Source: Ignavibacteriaceae bacterium
Lineage (GTDB): Bacteria > Bacteroidota > Ignavibacteria > Ignavibacteriales > Ignavibacteriaceae
NCBI GenBank assembly: GCA_014879635.1
Contig: JACSRR010000106.1
Coordinates: 1 to 46,027 of the forward strand
Length of the DNA: 46,027 nt
Direction: 5' to 3'
The notes below the pieces were generated by a model that was not told the origin of the DNA, did not search any database, and saw only the letters and a program-made list of their open reading frames with translations. Position 1 is the stretch's first letter; every line of letters starts with the position of its first letter. Below, piece after piece: positions 29,501-39,135 of the stretch. Made by a program: the position numbers and the translations under genes.

Positions 29501-30012
29501 AAGATACCGAAAATTTAACAATTTGCGGTGTTATAACCGATTTGGATTTGAAATTGGATAAAAAATCGAAAACGATGGCAAAGTTTTATTTGAATAATTC
29601 ATTGGGTGTTTTTGAGTGTATGATGTTCGCTTCAAACTATGAAAAATTCAGTATGTTTGTTGAGGCTGATAAACCGGTATTTATTAAAGGAAAATTAGAA
29701 ACATCGGGCGATGCGTTTAAAATTATGGTTGAGGAGGTAGTTCCGATTGATGAGGCAAGAGATAAGCTAACAAACTCTTTGTATATTTTTATCGACCCCG
29801 ATTTGCTCTCGTTTAATCAGTTGGCTGAAGTTCATTCTGTCCTTTCGAGAAATCCCGGAGATGTTGTAGTTTTTATGGAAGTTTCAAATGCGGGTAAGAA
29901 CGGTTATAAAAATAGAATTCTGCGTTTAGAAAACAAAATAAAATTGAATACCCAGCTTATAAACGGCTTGGCAAATATTGTAGGCGAAGAAAATTTTGTT
30001 TTACATCAGTAG
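26536..30012 (+). CDS. dnaE: DNA polymerase III alpha subunit
   Basis: PHP domain FIHLHNHSHFSLQDA. Palm/fingers motifs (GPGRGSAAGSLIAFLLGIT, PDIDVDF, YGFNKSHAVAYS). OB-fold tail. 1158 aa. Confidence 0.97.
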   Translation: MPDFIHLHNHSHFSLQDAACTIKSIVKAAKKFDMKAVALTDHGVMYGIREFYSKCKDESVKPILGMEAYITLEGSRLDRGVKIDGTQRQKPYRHIILIAKNKQGYSNLTKLSSIGFTEGYYYRPRIDLETLEQHSEGIICTSACLGGVVNPFLINGDYKIAKKWAQYFQGLFGDDFYLEVQNHNLVEDKIIMEQIPKLAAELGIKLVGTNDCHYINKEDSIPHNVLLMLGDKSGAADYKNLRYKVSEFHFKSQDEMSKIFEKIPEAISNTFEIADKCDIDFEKNVYYFPKFPLPETFNSNNLDDYFEFLSRKRLIEKFGEECSDEIKERFEYELKTIKDMGFAGYFLIVQDFIEAAEAMGVRVGPGRGSAAGSLIAFLLGITKINPLEYGLLFERFLNPSRNTMPDIDVDFSDDGRAAVIDYVKQKYGEKAVCQIITFNRLTTKAVIKDVGRVLGIPLNIVNNINKHIPSVFGKVYSIEKALSEVPELKWINDSKDEQITSLVKYAKTLEDMNRNASKHAAGVVIAPGDVSNYVPLASLSATENQIVTQYSMKQLEEAGLLKMDFLGLRTLSIIDDTLKFVKQNRPESEWVEDIDKIPLDDEKTYKLFGNGQTTGIFQFESPAMRKYLKKLKPKSVSELAAMNALYRPGPMDFIDDFIDRKFGRAEITYLHPELEPILKETYGIIVYQEQVIKIANQLAGMSLAEADNLRRAMGKKDTLTMEKSKISFVDKSGKRGISEKVATEIFEMILKFANYGFNKSHAVAYSYLAYQTAFLKANFLEEFLASNMTHEFQNQVKVALFLEDCRKSGVLVLPPDVNNPSVFFSVEKKRIRFGLSAIKNVGISAVNKIIEVKNKLDRNFKSIFDFASEVDLKIVNKRTFEGLILSGAFDSLHPNRKSLFESVQEIISYGHTIHELRMDASDSLFGNIDPTESVMLPELKMVEDWTIEEKLSKEREVTGFYITDHPMRKYRLEERSFTNIDLTEPEKIKDTENLTICGVITDLDLKLDKKSKTMAKFYLNNSLGVFECMMFASNYEKFSMFVEADKPVFIKGKLETSGDAFKIMVEEVVPIDEARDKLTNSLYIFIDPDLLSFNQLAEVHSVLSRNPGDVVVFMEVSNAGKNGYKNRILRLENKIKLNTQLINGLANIVGEENFVLHQ

Positions 30013-30196
30013 AGAAAATACCTTTCAGAAAAATCAGGCTTCCCACAATAAAAGATAGACAGTTTACAAGAAAACTAACGCATAATTTATGTTTATCAAT
30101 TTAAATTTCCGTATATCATATTTTTACAAGAGTGTAAAATAAAATTAATTAACTTAGAGAACAAAACAAATTAAAAACTAAACTTCAGGAGGTTCT

Positions 30197-31552
30197 GTGC
30201 TCAAACGAGTATCAACCCTTTTAGCAATTCTGCCTTTTTTGGCAAGTGTGGTAATTGCTCAGGAATTTAAAGTTCCGGTTGAGTATTACAAATTAGACAA
30301 CGGATTAAAAGTTGTCCTTTCGCAAGATAAAACCGCACCGGTAGTATGTGTGGCTGTATATTTTAACATCGGTTTCAGAATTGAGCCGCAAGACCGCACC
30401 GGATTTGCTCACTTATTTGAACACATGATGTTTCAAGGTTCCAAAAATTTGGGCAAAATGGAGTATATAAGATTAGTAAGTGAGAACGGCGGAGTTTTAA
30501 ATGGCTCAACAAGATTTGATTTTACCAATTATTTTACAATTGTACCTTCTCACAAGCTTGAAACGATGCTTTGGGCTGAGGCTGATAGAATGAAAGGTTT
30601 GGATATTACTCAAGAAAACTTAGTAAACCAACAAGGGGTTGTAATCAACGAAGTTAAAGTTAATGTTCTTAACAGACCCTACGGAGGTTTCCCGTGGTTA
30701 GAAATGCCGCAAGTTGCAAATGAAAATTGGTTTAACGCTCATAATTTCTACGGTGATTTAAAGGATTTAGAAGCCGCTAATCTTGAAGATGTAAAATCGT
30801 TTTTCGATACATATTATTCGCCTAATAATGCCGCTTTGGTAATTGTCGGAGATTTTGAGATAGCAGAAGCTAAAGAATTTATTAAAAAATATTTTGCATC
30901 AATTCCCGCGGGAAATTTACCGGCTTTGCCCGATATTTCGGAACCGGAACAAAAAGAAATGAAGCTAAAAGTGAAAGAAGACGCACTTGCAACCGAACCT
31001 GCAATTGCATTTGCTTATCACATGCCCGAATCTTTCACTCCCGAGTTTTTTGCGATGGGTATAATTGAGCAATTATTAGTGCAGGGCAAAGATAGCAGGC
31101 TGTATCAAAAATTTGTTCAAGAACTTGGTTTGACCGATAATGTATATGGTGGTATAAATTCAGGACTCGGAAATATGTTTAATTACAATGGTCCTATGTT
31201 GTTTGATGCTTACTTCTTTTACAGCGGCGAAGATAAAACTCAAGAATTAATCAAAATTTTTGATGAAACCGTTAGTGAATTATCAACTAATTTAATAACT
31301 CAAGAAGAGTTAGACAGAGCAATAATTAAATTGCGTTCCTCTTTTTACGATTTAGCCGGAAGTCAGTTTGGACTTGGTCGTGCAGATTTGTTAGCTTGCT
31401 TCTCTCTCTTTTACGATAACCCTGCTTTAATAAACACATTAGAAGATTCTTTCAAAAAAGTAACTCCCGAATTAATTAAAGCAACAGCTGCAAAATATTT
31501 ACAAAAGAAGAATCTAACTGTTTTAACAATTGACCCTAAAGGAAAGAATTAA
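30197..31552 (+). CDS. M16-family zinc peptidase (active subunit)
   Basis: Signal peptide and the inverted zinc motif HLFEHMMFQGS (HxxEH). GTG start is supported by aggagg 5 nt upstream. Confidence 0.9.
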   Translation: MLKRVSTLLAILPFLASVVIAQEFKVPVEYYKLDNGLKVVLSQDKTAPVVCVAVYFNIGFRIEPQDRTGFAHLFEHMMFQGSKNLGKMEYIRLVSENGGVLNGSTRFDFTNYFTIVPSHKLETMLWAEADRMKGLDITQENLVNQQGVVINEVKVNVLNRPYGGFPWLEMPQVANENWFNAHNFYGDLKDLEAANLEDVKSFFDTYYSPNNAALVIVGDFEIAEAKEFIKKYFASIPAGNLPALPDISEPEQKEMKLKVKEDALATEPAIAFAYHMPESFTPEFFAMGIIEQLLVQGKDSRLYQKFVQELGLTDNVYGGINSGLGNMFNYNGPMLFDAYFFYSGEDKTQELIKIFDETVSELSTNLITQEELDRAIIKLRSSFYDLAGSQFGLGRADLLACFSLFYDNPALINTLEDSFKKVTPELIKATAAKYLQKKNLTVLTIDPKGKN

Positions 31553-31562
31553 GGAGCAAAGT

Positions 31563-32933
31563 ATGAAAAATTTATTTTTAGTTTTAATTTCTTTAGGATT
31601 TTTAGTTACAACGCAGGCGCAAAAAGAAACACCGCCTGCCGGTTCAACACCTAAAGATTTCTCATTACCGGTTGAAGAATCGTTTACGCTTTCAAACGGA
31701 ATAGGTGTAACATTTATTAAGTTTGGAGAAATTCCGAAGGTGAGCATAAACATATATATTGCTGCCGGAAAATATTTCGAAAAGAAAGGGGAAACTCTAA
31801 TTTCTTCAATGGCTGCTGACATGTTAATTGAAGGCACAAAAAGTAGATCAAACGAAGTATTAGCTGGGCAGGCTTCTTCTTACGGTGCTGATTTAGTTTC
31901 GGGTTCAGGTAATGATCTCGCATATTTAGCTACCGATGCCATTTCAGATTTTACCCCTCAGGTTATTGAACTTTTAGCAGATTGTTTGATTAATCCGGCA
32001 CACGACGAAAAAACTTTTGAACGGATTAAAGGCGATTACCAGAGAAATATTAACATTTCAAACACAACCCCTCAAATTGTTGTTGATGAAGAATTTAAGT
32101 GGTTATTTTTCGGTGACACTCCTTACGGCAGAAAAAATCCGCAAAGTGTTGAAAGTTTCAAGGTTAATCAGGTAATATCATACTATAAAGAAAATTACGG
32201 ACCAGCGAACACTTATATATATATTGCCGGTAATTTTGATTTTGCAAAGGCAAAAGATGCTTTGGAGAAACATTTTGGTTCGTGGAAAACAGATGCAGTT
32301 ACAAACAAGTATGAAACTACCGCGTTTTCAAACAAAAAACAAACAAAAGTTTTGAATAAAAGCGGAGCAAGTCAATCGACAATTATGCTCGGTATTCCCT
32401 CTCCGGGTCCACTTGACCCAGATGCACCCGCATTTGAGGTTATGAATTTATTGCTCGGCGGGTTTTTCTCGTCAAGAATTACTTCAAATATCCGTGAGGA
32501 TAAAGGTTACACTTATTCACCCGGTAGTTTTATTTCTAACCGCTTTCAAAAATCGTATTGGGTATTTCAAGCAGATGTAACAACCAATGTAACGGGTCCT
32601 GCAATTAATGAAGTATTCTACGAAATTGAGAAAATGAGAACGGAAGCCCCTACAGAGAAAGAACTTGCAGGTTTGAAGAACTATGCGACGGGGATATACA
32701 TACTCCAAAATTCATCCCGTGGCGGAATTATTTCAAAGCTAAACTCAATCAGATATCAAAACTTGCCGAAAACAAATTTGACCGAATACTTAAAACGGAT
32801 TAACTCTGTTACTGTTGAAGATGTTAAAAATGTTGCGATAAAATATCTGCACATTGATAAAATGACTTCGGTGATTTTGGGTGACGAAGAAATTATTATG
32901 CCTCAGTTAGAAGAGACAAGTATTTTAGAATAG
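31563..32933 (+). CDS. M16-family peptidase-like protein lacking HxxEH (probable non-catalytic partner)
   Basis: ORF 31530..32933. The preferred start is ATG 31563 (MKNLFLVLISLG..., aaggag upstream). M16-like length and layout, but no HxxEH motif is visible. Confidence 0.8.
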   Translation: MKNLFLVLISLGFLVTTQAQKETPPAGSTPKDFSLPVEESFTLSNGIGVTFIKFGEIPKVSINIYIAAGKYFEKKGETLISSMAADMLIEGTKSRSNEVLAGQASSYGADLVSGSGNDLAYLATDAISDFTPQVIELLADCLINPAHDEKTFERIKGDYQRNINISNTTPQIVVDEEFKWLFFGDTPYGRKNPQSVESFKVNQVISYYKENYGPANTYIYIAGNFDFAKAKDALEKHFGSWKTDAVTNKYETTAFSNKKQTKVLNKSGASQSTIMLGIPSPGPLDPDAPAFEVMNLLLGGFFSSRITSNIREDKGYTYSPGSFISNRFQKSYWVFQADVTTNVTGPAINEVFYEIEKMRTEAPTEKELAGLKNYATGIYILQNSSRGGIISKLNSIRYQNLPKTNLTEYLKRINSVTVEDVKNVAIKYLHIDKMTSVILGDEEIIMPQLEETSILE

Positions 32934-32954
32934 ACTAAAAATACTTCAGATATT

Positions 32955-32990
32955 AGAGGCAATTTTTTAACTAAAATTGCCTCTTTTAAT
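32955..32990. terminator. Hairpin terminator between convergent genes
   Basis: agaggcaatttt (32955-32966) pairs with aaaattgcctct (32973-32984), with a 6-nt loop. ttt follows on the plus strand. It sits between the M16 stop (32933) and the MscS stop (32999). Confidence 0.8.
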
Positions 32991-32998
32991 TTAGGGGG

Positions 32999-34225
32999 TT
33001 AATCAACACTTTTTAATGTTTTAACTTGATTAGAGTTTTCTAAACTTAAGCCGCTAGGTCTTTGATAGAGTCTTAAATCAAACTCGTTCAACATAGCAAT
33101 CAGGTGGTCAAAAATTTCTCCTTGAACTTGCTCAAATTCAATGAGCTTGGTTTTTTTGCTAAAGGCATAAACCTCAATTGGAATACCTAATTCGGAGGGT
33201 GCTAACATTCTTACAATGCGTGTGTAATTTTGGTTCAAATCTTCTATTGTTAACAAATATGCTTGTGCATAATAAATAAAGGCAGTGATGTTTGTTAAAA
33301 AATCTTCGGGAATAAAACCGGCTTGTACTTTTTTTGAAGAAAATTCTGTTTTTTTTGCTTCGATAAACGGGGCTATTAATCTGATATGAGATAATTTTTC
33401 TAACAGATTTTCATCGCACATTTTCATAGTGTTGTAATCGATAAGAAAGGATCTTCTAATTCTTCTGCCTTCTGCTTCGTACATTCCACGCCAATTTTTC
33501 ATCGAGTTTTCCATAATTTTGTAGGTAGGTACCATAGTTATGGAGTTATCGAAATTTTTAACTCTAATCACATTTAAGGAAACATCAATGACTTCGCCGT
33601 CAACACCGAGTCCCGGTACTTCAATCCAATCACCTACTAAAATTAAATCATACTTGTTTATTTGAATGCTTGCAACAAAAGAAAGAAGGGTATCTCTAAA
33701 AATTAAAAGTAATACGGCGGTGAATGCACTAAGACCGGTTACTATAGTCCAAGGATTTTGCTGGCTAAAGAGACCAATTAAAATAACAGCCATCCATATA
33801 AAGAGAATCATTTTGATAGTTTGGAAGTAACCTTTAATAGGTCTGTTTCTATTTTTTTCTTTTAACATCCAAAGGTCATTAAAAGTATCTAAGACACTGC
33901 TTATGATTAAAAATATCAGAATTATAATTAAAGATTCGGTTACCGTTCCTAAAAAAGTATCAAAAAAGGGAAATTTGGACGAAAAAATTTTTATTATTAT
34001 AACAGGAGCAAGGTAGGAAAACCTTCTTAATAGTTTCTTATTTAACAAAATATCATCAAGCTCATTTGATGTTTTTTTTGCTAATTTTAATATTAAAGGT
34101 ACAACTACTTTACGAGTGATAAAGTAAGAAACCAAAGCTAATATCATTGTGCCAAAGAATATGGCATTTTCATATAAGAAAGGGTAGTTTTTTAAGTTTT
34201 CGGTATAATCTTTTAAGAACTGCAC
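32999..34225 (-). CDS. Mechanosensitive ion channel (MscS family) protein
   Basis: Several N-terminal TM helices, then the MscS beta-domain pattern GDWIEVPGLGVDGEVIDVSLNVIRVKNFDNSITMVPTYKI. GTG start. Confidence 0.85.
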   Translation of the reverse strand: MQFLKDYTENLKNYPFLYENAIFFGTMILALVSYFITRKVVVPLILKLAKKTSNELDDILLNKKLLRRFSYLAPVIIIKIFSSKFPFFDTFLGTVTESLIIILIFLIISSVLDTFNDLWMLKEKNRNRPIKGYFQTIKMILFIWMAVILIGLFSQQNPWTIVTGLSAFTAVLLLIFRDTLLSFVASIQINKYDLILVGDWIEVPGLGVDGEVIDVSLNVIRVKNFDNSITMVPTYKIMENSMKNWRGMYEAEGRRIRRSFLIDYNTMKMCDENLLEKLSHIRLIAPFIEAKKTEFSSKKVQAGFIPEDFLTNITAFIYYAQAYLLTIEDLNQNYTRIVRMLAPSELGIPIEVYAFSKKTKLIEFEQVQGEIFDHLIAMLNEFDLRLYQRPSGLSLENSNQVKTLKSVD

Positions 34226-34318
34226 AGTTTGCCCTGTATTATTTTCGGAATATTATTTTCTTTAGAGATGTATAAATTAAAATTATTTAAATTAAAACCA
34301 AATAAGAAAAAAGGTTTA

Positions 34319-35467
34319 ATGTTGATTACTAAAAAAGACTTTTACATAAATAAAGATGTAGTGTTTTTAAATCATGGCTCGTTTGGAGCGTGTCCTAAAG
34401 AAACTATGGAAATCTACCAAAAATTCCAAATCCAATTGGAACATCAACCGGTTGAGTTTTTAGATAGAAAGTTTGAGGAATCACTTGATTATGCTAGAGA
34501 AAAATTAGCTAATTTTACAGGTGCAGGTAAAGATGAGTTAGTTTTTGTTCCAAACACAACTACAGGTTTGAATATTGTAATGAAATCTTTGGATCTGAAG
34601 CAAGGGGATGAGATTCTAACTACCGACCAAGAGTATGGTGCAATGCGTCGAATGTTAGACCTTTATTTTATTCCGCGGGGTGTGGAAATTAAAACCGTAA
34701 ATATTAAGTTACCGGTAAAAAGCAAAGAAGAAATTTATAGTTCGGTGCTTAATTGGCTTACTCCAAAAACCAAAGTATTATTTATCAGCCATATATCTTC
34801 GGCTTCTGCACTCAGGATTCCCGTAGAGGAGATAATTGAAAATGCGGCAAGTAGAGGGGTTTTAACAGTTGTTGACGGGGCACATATACCCGGGCAATTA
34901 CCGTTGGACCTTAAGACACTCGGAGCTGACTTTTATGCGGGGAATTGCCACAAGTGGTTAATGACTCCAAAGGGTTCGGCGTTTTTGTATGCCCGGGGAG
35001 ATAACGGTGAAAAATTAAAGCCGCTTATCACAAGTTGGGGAATGCAACACAAAGAAGCGCAAGCACCTAATTTGATCAAAGAATTTCAATATAACGGCAC
35101 TATTGATATTTCTGCCTATTTGAGCGTACCTGCAGGTATAGAATTTCTAAAAAAGTTAATCGAAAGCGGTCAATTTGAGGCTGTTAAAAATCTTGCGAGG
35201 GAGTTTGTTGAAATATTTGCCGAAGAAACCGGATTTGAACAGCTTTACCCTGTTGATAAATATTTTGTTCAAAATATGGCTGCGTTTAGATTTAACAATT
35301 GTAACCCGGTTGATCTCAAAAAGTATCTGTATGAAAAATATAAAATCGAAATTCCAGTGTTTACTTTGAACAATGAGAATTTTATCAGATATTCGGTACA
35401 ATGTTATACAGTAAAGAAAGATTTGGAAATTCTTATTGAAGCGGTAAGAAAATTTCCGAAAAGATAA
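34319..35467 (+). CDS. Aminotransferase class V-fold PLP-dependent enzyme (isopenicillin-N-epimerase / cysteine-desulfurase-like)
   Basis: ORF 34229..35467. The preferred start is ATG 34319 (MLITKKDFY...). FLNHGSFGACP and VVDGAHIPG motifs, and the PLP-lysine context GNCHKWLMTPKGSAFLY. Confidence 0.78.
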   Translation: MLITKKDFYINKDVVFLNHGSFGACPKETMEIYQKFQIQLEHQPVEFLDRKFEESLDYAREKLANFTGAGKDELVFVPNTTTGLNIVMKSLDLKQGDEILTTDQEYGAMRRMLDLYFIPRGVEIKTVNIKLPVKSKEEIYSSVLNWLTPKTKVLFISHISSASALRIPVEEIIENAASRGVLTVVDGAHIPGQLPLDLKTLGADFYAGNCHKWLMTPKGSAFLYARGDNGEKLKPLITSWGMQHKEAQAPNLIKEFQYNGTIDISAYLSVPAGIEFLKKLIESGQFEAVKNLAREFVEIFAEETGFEQLYPVDKYFVQNMAAFRFNNCNPVDLKKYLYEKYKIEIPVFTLNNENFIRYSVQCYTVKKDLEILIEAVRKFPKR

Positions 35468-35521
35468 ATATTAAGGGTTATAACAAACACTTACACTTGT
35501 AAAATCAAATAAGGGTTTTCC

Positions 35522-35740
35522 GGTTCAGCTGATTTTTGGGGTGACAATAATTTTGAAGTAAAAATTTCCGCGGTACCGGTGCCTTATTTATTTTGTAAAA
35601 CTTTCAATGTTAAAACTGATGATTTGTTTTTACTACAGAAAAGATGAGTAAGCTCAACGAACTTTTACATAGTTTTCGGTATATTGAATTAATTAAAGAT
35701 ATGACACCTTTTAGGGTCGTTGAGGTAACTGCAAGCATGG
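35522..35740 (+). repeat. Copy A of a ~220-bp conserved noncoding element (paralog of 45704-45920)
   Basis: Colinear shared blocks with copy B: ggttcaSctgattttt, caataatttt, aaatttcc, aaactga, tttgttttta, atgaRtaaRctcaac, tatattgaattaa and a 31-nt 3' block matching at 27/31. Indels break any common frame. Confidence 0.7.
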
Positions 35741-36031
35741 TTTTCTACAAACATTAATTTATTGTGTATTAGATAGTTTGTAGTGGGTAGAAAAATTAAC
35801 ACCGGATTTTTTAAACCAAGATAAAGACACCAATCCCGACTTCATTGGGTCTAAGAATTTTTTGAAATTTTCTCTAAGTACGCTTAGGTAAAATTTTTAT
35901 GCCACCGATTAATCACATAAGCAAATCAAATCAAAGTTACTTATAAATAAGGGAAAAACTTTTGACCAAAAGGAACAAAAAATCGCTTTATATTGTCAAA
36001 TAAATAAAATAAATTCAGAACAAAATAATTT

Positions 36032-37867
36032 ATGCAGAAACTCTTCCTACTAATTTTCATATTTTCGATAACAATACTTCCGCAAACCGAACAGATGCGG
36101 AATAAATTTATGCTTGCTGAATCTTATGAAAGAGCAGGTGACTATGAAAAAGCGAATGAAATTTACGGTTCCTTATATGTTTTAGACGCTTCTAATTTTA
36201 GTTATTTTTCTGCGTATGTTAGAACTTGTCAGCTTTTAAAATTGTATGAAGATGCAGAAAAAGCAATAAATAATAGAATTCAGTTTTACGGTGAAGATCT
36301 GCAAACAATAGGAATGTTAGGGAAAAACTATTTTTACAAGGGGGATGAGAATCAGGCTTTTGCAGTTTGGGATGATTACATCAAAAGAAAGGGGAGCACC
36401 GATCCTTTTATTTACAAGCAAATAGCAAGTTTTGCTATGGAAATTAGAGCATTTGACAAGGCAATTTCTTATTTGCTTGTAGGGTTAAATGAAACCGGTC
36501 AGATTGAGATGTACGGTTTTGATTTGGCTTATTTGTACGGAATTGTGATGAACTATGAAAGATCTGCCGCTATATACAGGGAAATGCTGGAAAAGATACC
36601 GCAACAGGCAGGTTCGGTAGAAGCACACTCAAAGAGATTTTTGAACAACAGGGAAGCACTTGAGATTTTTATTTCGGTTATGGAGCCCGCGTCTAAAGGA
36701 TATAATGCGGCTGTATATAAATATTTAGCTTCGCTTTATGTAATGGCTTCACAGTATGATGATGCATTGAGGATCTACTTAATAATAGATGAATCTTCTG
36801 AAGAAAAGGGAATGGGGGTTTATAATTTTGGAATGCAGGCGTTTTATGCTTCGCAGTTTGAACCAGCTTCAAAAGCATTTGAATATCTGATAAATAAATA
36901 CCCTAATGCTAATTATTTGCCTAATATTAAACTCCATAATGTTAAGGCGTTAGAGGGTGCACTTCAAATTGAGTTTAATTTATTAAATCCTTCATGGAAA
37001 GAGAATTACGAGGTCAAATTTCCGGACAAAAAAAGATATCACTCGGTTATCGAAAAATATGAGGAAGTAGCGAAAATTTATTTGAAGAGTGAAGTAGAAA
37101 CTGAGGCACTTTTCAGAATAGCCGCAATATATTATTTGCTTGGTTTGTATGACGATTCAAAAGAATTTCTACAGATAATTCTTGATGAAAAGGGTTCTTC
37201 GCCGTTTGCATCAAATGCATATTATTACTTAGGGTTGATACAAATTCAAGAGAACAGACTAAACGAAGCCATACAATTTTTTAAAAAATCATTACTCTCT
37301 TTTACAACAGAACCGGAAGTGCATCAGCTTGCTAAATATAATTTAATGATGACACATATCTTTTTAGGAGATTTTGAGAACGCATCGCCTGTATTAATAG
37401 AACTTATGGGGAATCTAAAGGATAATTTAGCAAACGATGTTATAGAATTATCAATTATTGTAAATAAAAATTTGAGTGATTCAATTACTCTTGTTAAATT
37501 TGGGTTTGGCGAATTACAAATTAGACAAGGAAATTTTGACACAGCAATCAAAATTTTTGAAGAGTTAGCTTCAAATAAAGAGGCATTTCTTGTCTCAAAT
37601 TTATCACTATTCCGTATTGCCGAAATATATGCGGGGTTAAACAAGTTTGATGAGGCAATTACCGCTCTGAACAGGGTTACGGAGACAGAGAACAACATTT
37701 ATGCCGATAGGGCACTTATGCTCTTAGCTGCAATCTACAAACACGGTATTAATGACAATACCAAAGCAATAGAAACTTACGAAAAAGTTTTAATTAATTA
37801 TCCTAATTCCATTTTTCTCGACAAAGCTCGAGAAGAAATATTGGCAATCAAAAATCTTAAAATTTAA
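36032..37867 (+). CDS. Secreted tetratricopeptide-repeat (TPR) protein
   Basis: Signal peptide ([15 protein letters not shown]). Recurrent A/Y/L-spaced 34-residue helical repeats (e.g. [33 protein letters not shown]). No catalytic motif. Confidence 0.75.
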   Translation: MQKLFLLIFIFSITILPQTEQMRNKFMLAESYERAGDYEKANEIYGSLYVLDASNFSYFSAYVRTCQLLKLYEDAEKAINNRIQFYGEDLQTIGMLGKNYFYKGDENQAFAVWDDYIKRKGSTDPFIYKQIASFAMEIRAFDKAISYLLVGLNETGQIEMYGFDLAYLYGIVMNYERSAAIYREMLEKIPQQAGSVEAHSKRFLNNREALEIFISVMEPASKGYNAAVYKYLASLYVMASQYDDALRIYLIIDESSEEKGMGVYNFGMQAFYASQFEPASKAFEYLINKYPNANYLPNIKLHNVKALEGALQIEFNLLNPSWKENYEVKFPDKKRYHSVIEKYEEVAKIYLKSEVETEALFRIAAIYYLLGLYDDSKEFLQIILDEKGSSPFASNAYYYLGLIQIQENRLNEAIQFFKKSLLSFTTEPEVHQLAKYNLMMTHIFLGDFENASPVLIELMGNLKDNLANDVIELSIIVNKNLSDSITLVKFGFGELQIRQGNFDTAIKIFEELASNKEAFLVSNLSLFRIAEIYAGLNKFDEAITALNRVTETENNIYADRALMLLAAIYKHGINDNTKAIETYEKVLINYPNSIFLDKAREEILAIKNLKI

Positions 37868-37887
37868 CAGTTAGAAAAAAAATAGTT

Positions 37888-39129
37888 ATGGCAACAAAAA
37901 ATGTAAAATGTTCTTTTTGCGGAAGAGACAGCAACGAGGTTTCAAGTTTAATTGCGGGTCAAGATGTTTATATTTGTGATATCTGTATCGGAAACAGTGT
38001 CGAAATATTAAAATCAAACATGGCTGCAATGAAAACGAAGCCAAAAAAAAATAGTATTAATAACATTACCCCGCAAAAAATTTACGATATTCTCACTGAG
38101 TTTGTAATTGGTCAAGACAGGGCAAAAAAGACATTAGCTGTTGCAGTTTACAATCACTACAAAAGAATAAACTCTACGGCGTTATTTTCTAATGATGATG
38201 TTGAAATTGAAAAAAGCAATGTGTTGCTGATTGGTCCAACGGGTACCGGCAAAACATTATTAGCTAAAACACTAGCAAAAATTTTAGATGTTCCGTTTGC
38301 AATTGCCGATGCAACTACAATTACAGAAGCAGGATATGTAGGTGATGATGTTGAAACCGTACTTGTTCATCTTTTACAAGCATCAGATTATAATACGGAA
38401 AAAGCTGAACGCGGAATAGTATATATTGATGAAATCGACAAAATTGCCCGTAAGAGTGAGAGCACTTCAATCACCAGAGATGTTTCGGGCGAAGGCGTTC
38501 AACAAGCTCTACTTAAAATTCTTGAAGGCACAAAAGCAGGCGTTCCTCCTAAAGGCGGAAGAAAACACCCCGAGCAAAGTCTAATTTATTTGAACACTAA
38601 GAACATTCTTTTTATTGTAGGCGGTGCATTTGAAGGAATTGACAAAATAATTGCTGCAAGGGTAAATCAAAGCAAGATGGGATTTGGTACAACTGTTGCC
38701 GATAAGCATGAATTTACAAATGATGAACTATTACAAAAAATTCAACCCGAAGATTTGCTTAGATTTGGTTTAATTCCCGAACTTATCGGAAGAATACCGG
38801 TTATTGCTCCGTTAAACAATCTTGACGAAGAAGCTCTCATCAACATTTTAACTAAGCCCAAAAACGCAATTTTGAAACAATATCAAAAAATGTTTTCGAT
38901 TGAAAACATAGAATTAGAGTTTGACCCGTTTGCAATTAAGGCTATTGTTAAAAAGGCGATTGAAAGAAAAACAGGTGCCCGTGCTCTCAGATCAATTGTT
39001 GAAGAATTTATGTTAGAAATAATGTTCTATCTTCCTGAAAAGAAAAATTATACCAAGTGTTTAATTACGAAAGATGTAGTTGAAAACGGTGCAGAACCAT
39101 TGTTTTTTGAAGATGTAAAATCAGCTTAG
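37888..39129 (+). CDS. clpX: ATP-dependent Clp protease ATP-binding subunit ClpX
   Basis: N-terminal zinc-binding CSFCGR...ICDICI, Walker A GPTGTGKT, Walker B VYIDEIDK and sensor/IGF-region context. Confidence 0.97.
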   Translation: MATKNVKCSFCGRDSNEVSSLIAGQDVYICDICIGNSVEILKSNMAAMKTKPKKNSINNITPQKIYDILTEFVIGQDRAKKTLAVAVYNHYKRINSTALFSNDDVEIEKSNVLLIGPTGTGKTLLAKTLAKILDVPFAIADATTITEAGYVGDDVETVLVHLLQASDYNTEKAERGIVYIDEIDKIARKSESTSITRDVSGEGVQQALLKILEGTKAGVPPKGGRKHPEQSLIYLNTKNILFIVGGAFEGIDKIIAARVNQSKMGFGTTVADKHEFTNDELLQKIQPEDLLRFGLIPELIGRIPVIAPLNNLDEEALINILTKPKNAILKQYQKMFSIENIELEFDPFAIKAIVKKAIERKTGARALRSIVEEFMLEIMFYLPEKKNYTKCLITKDVVENGAEPLFFEDVKSA

Positions 39130-39135
39130 GCAATT

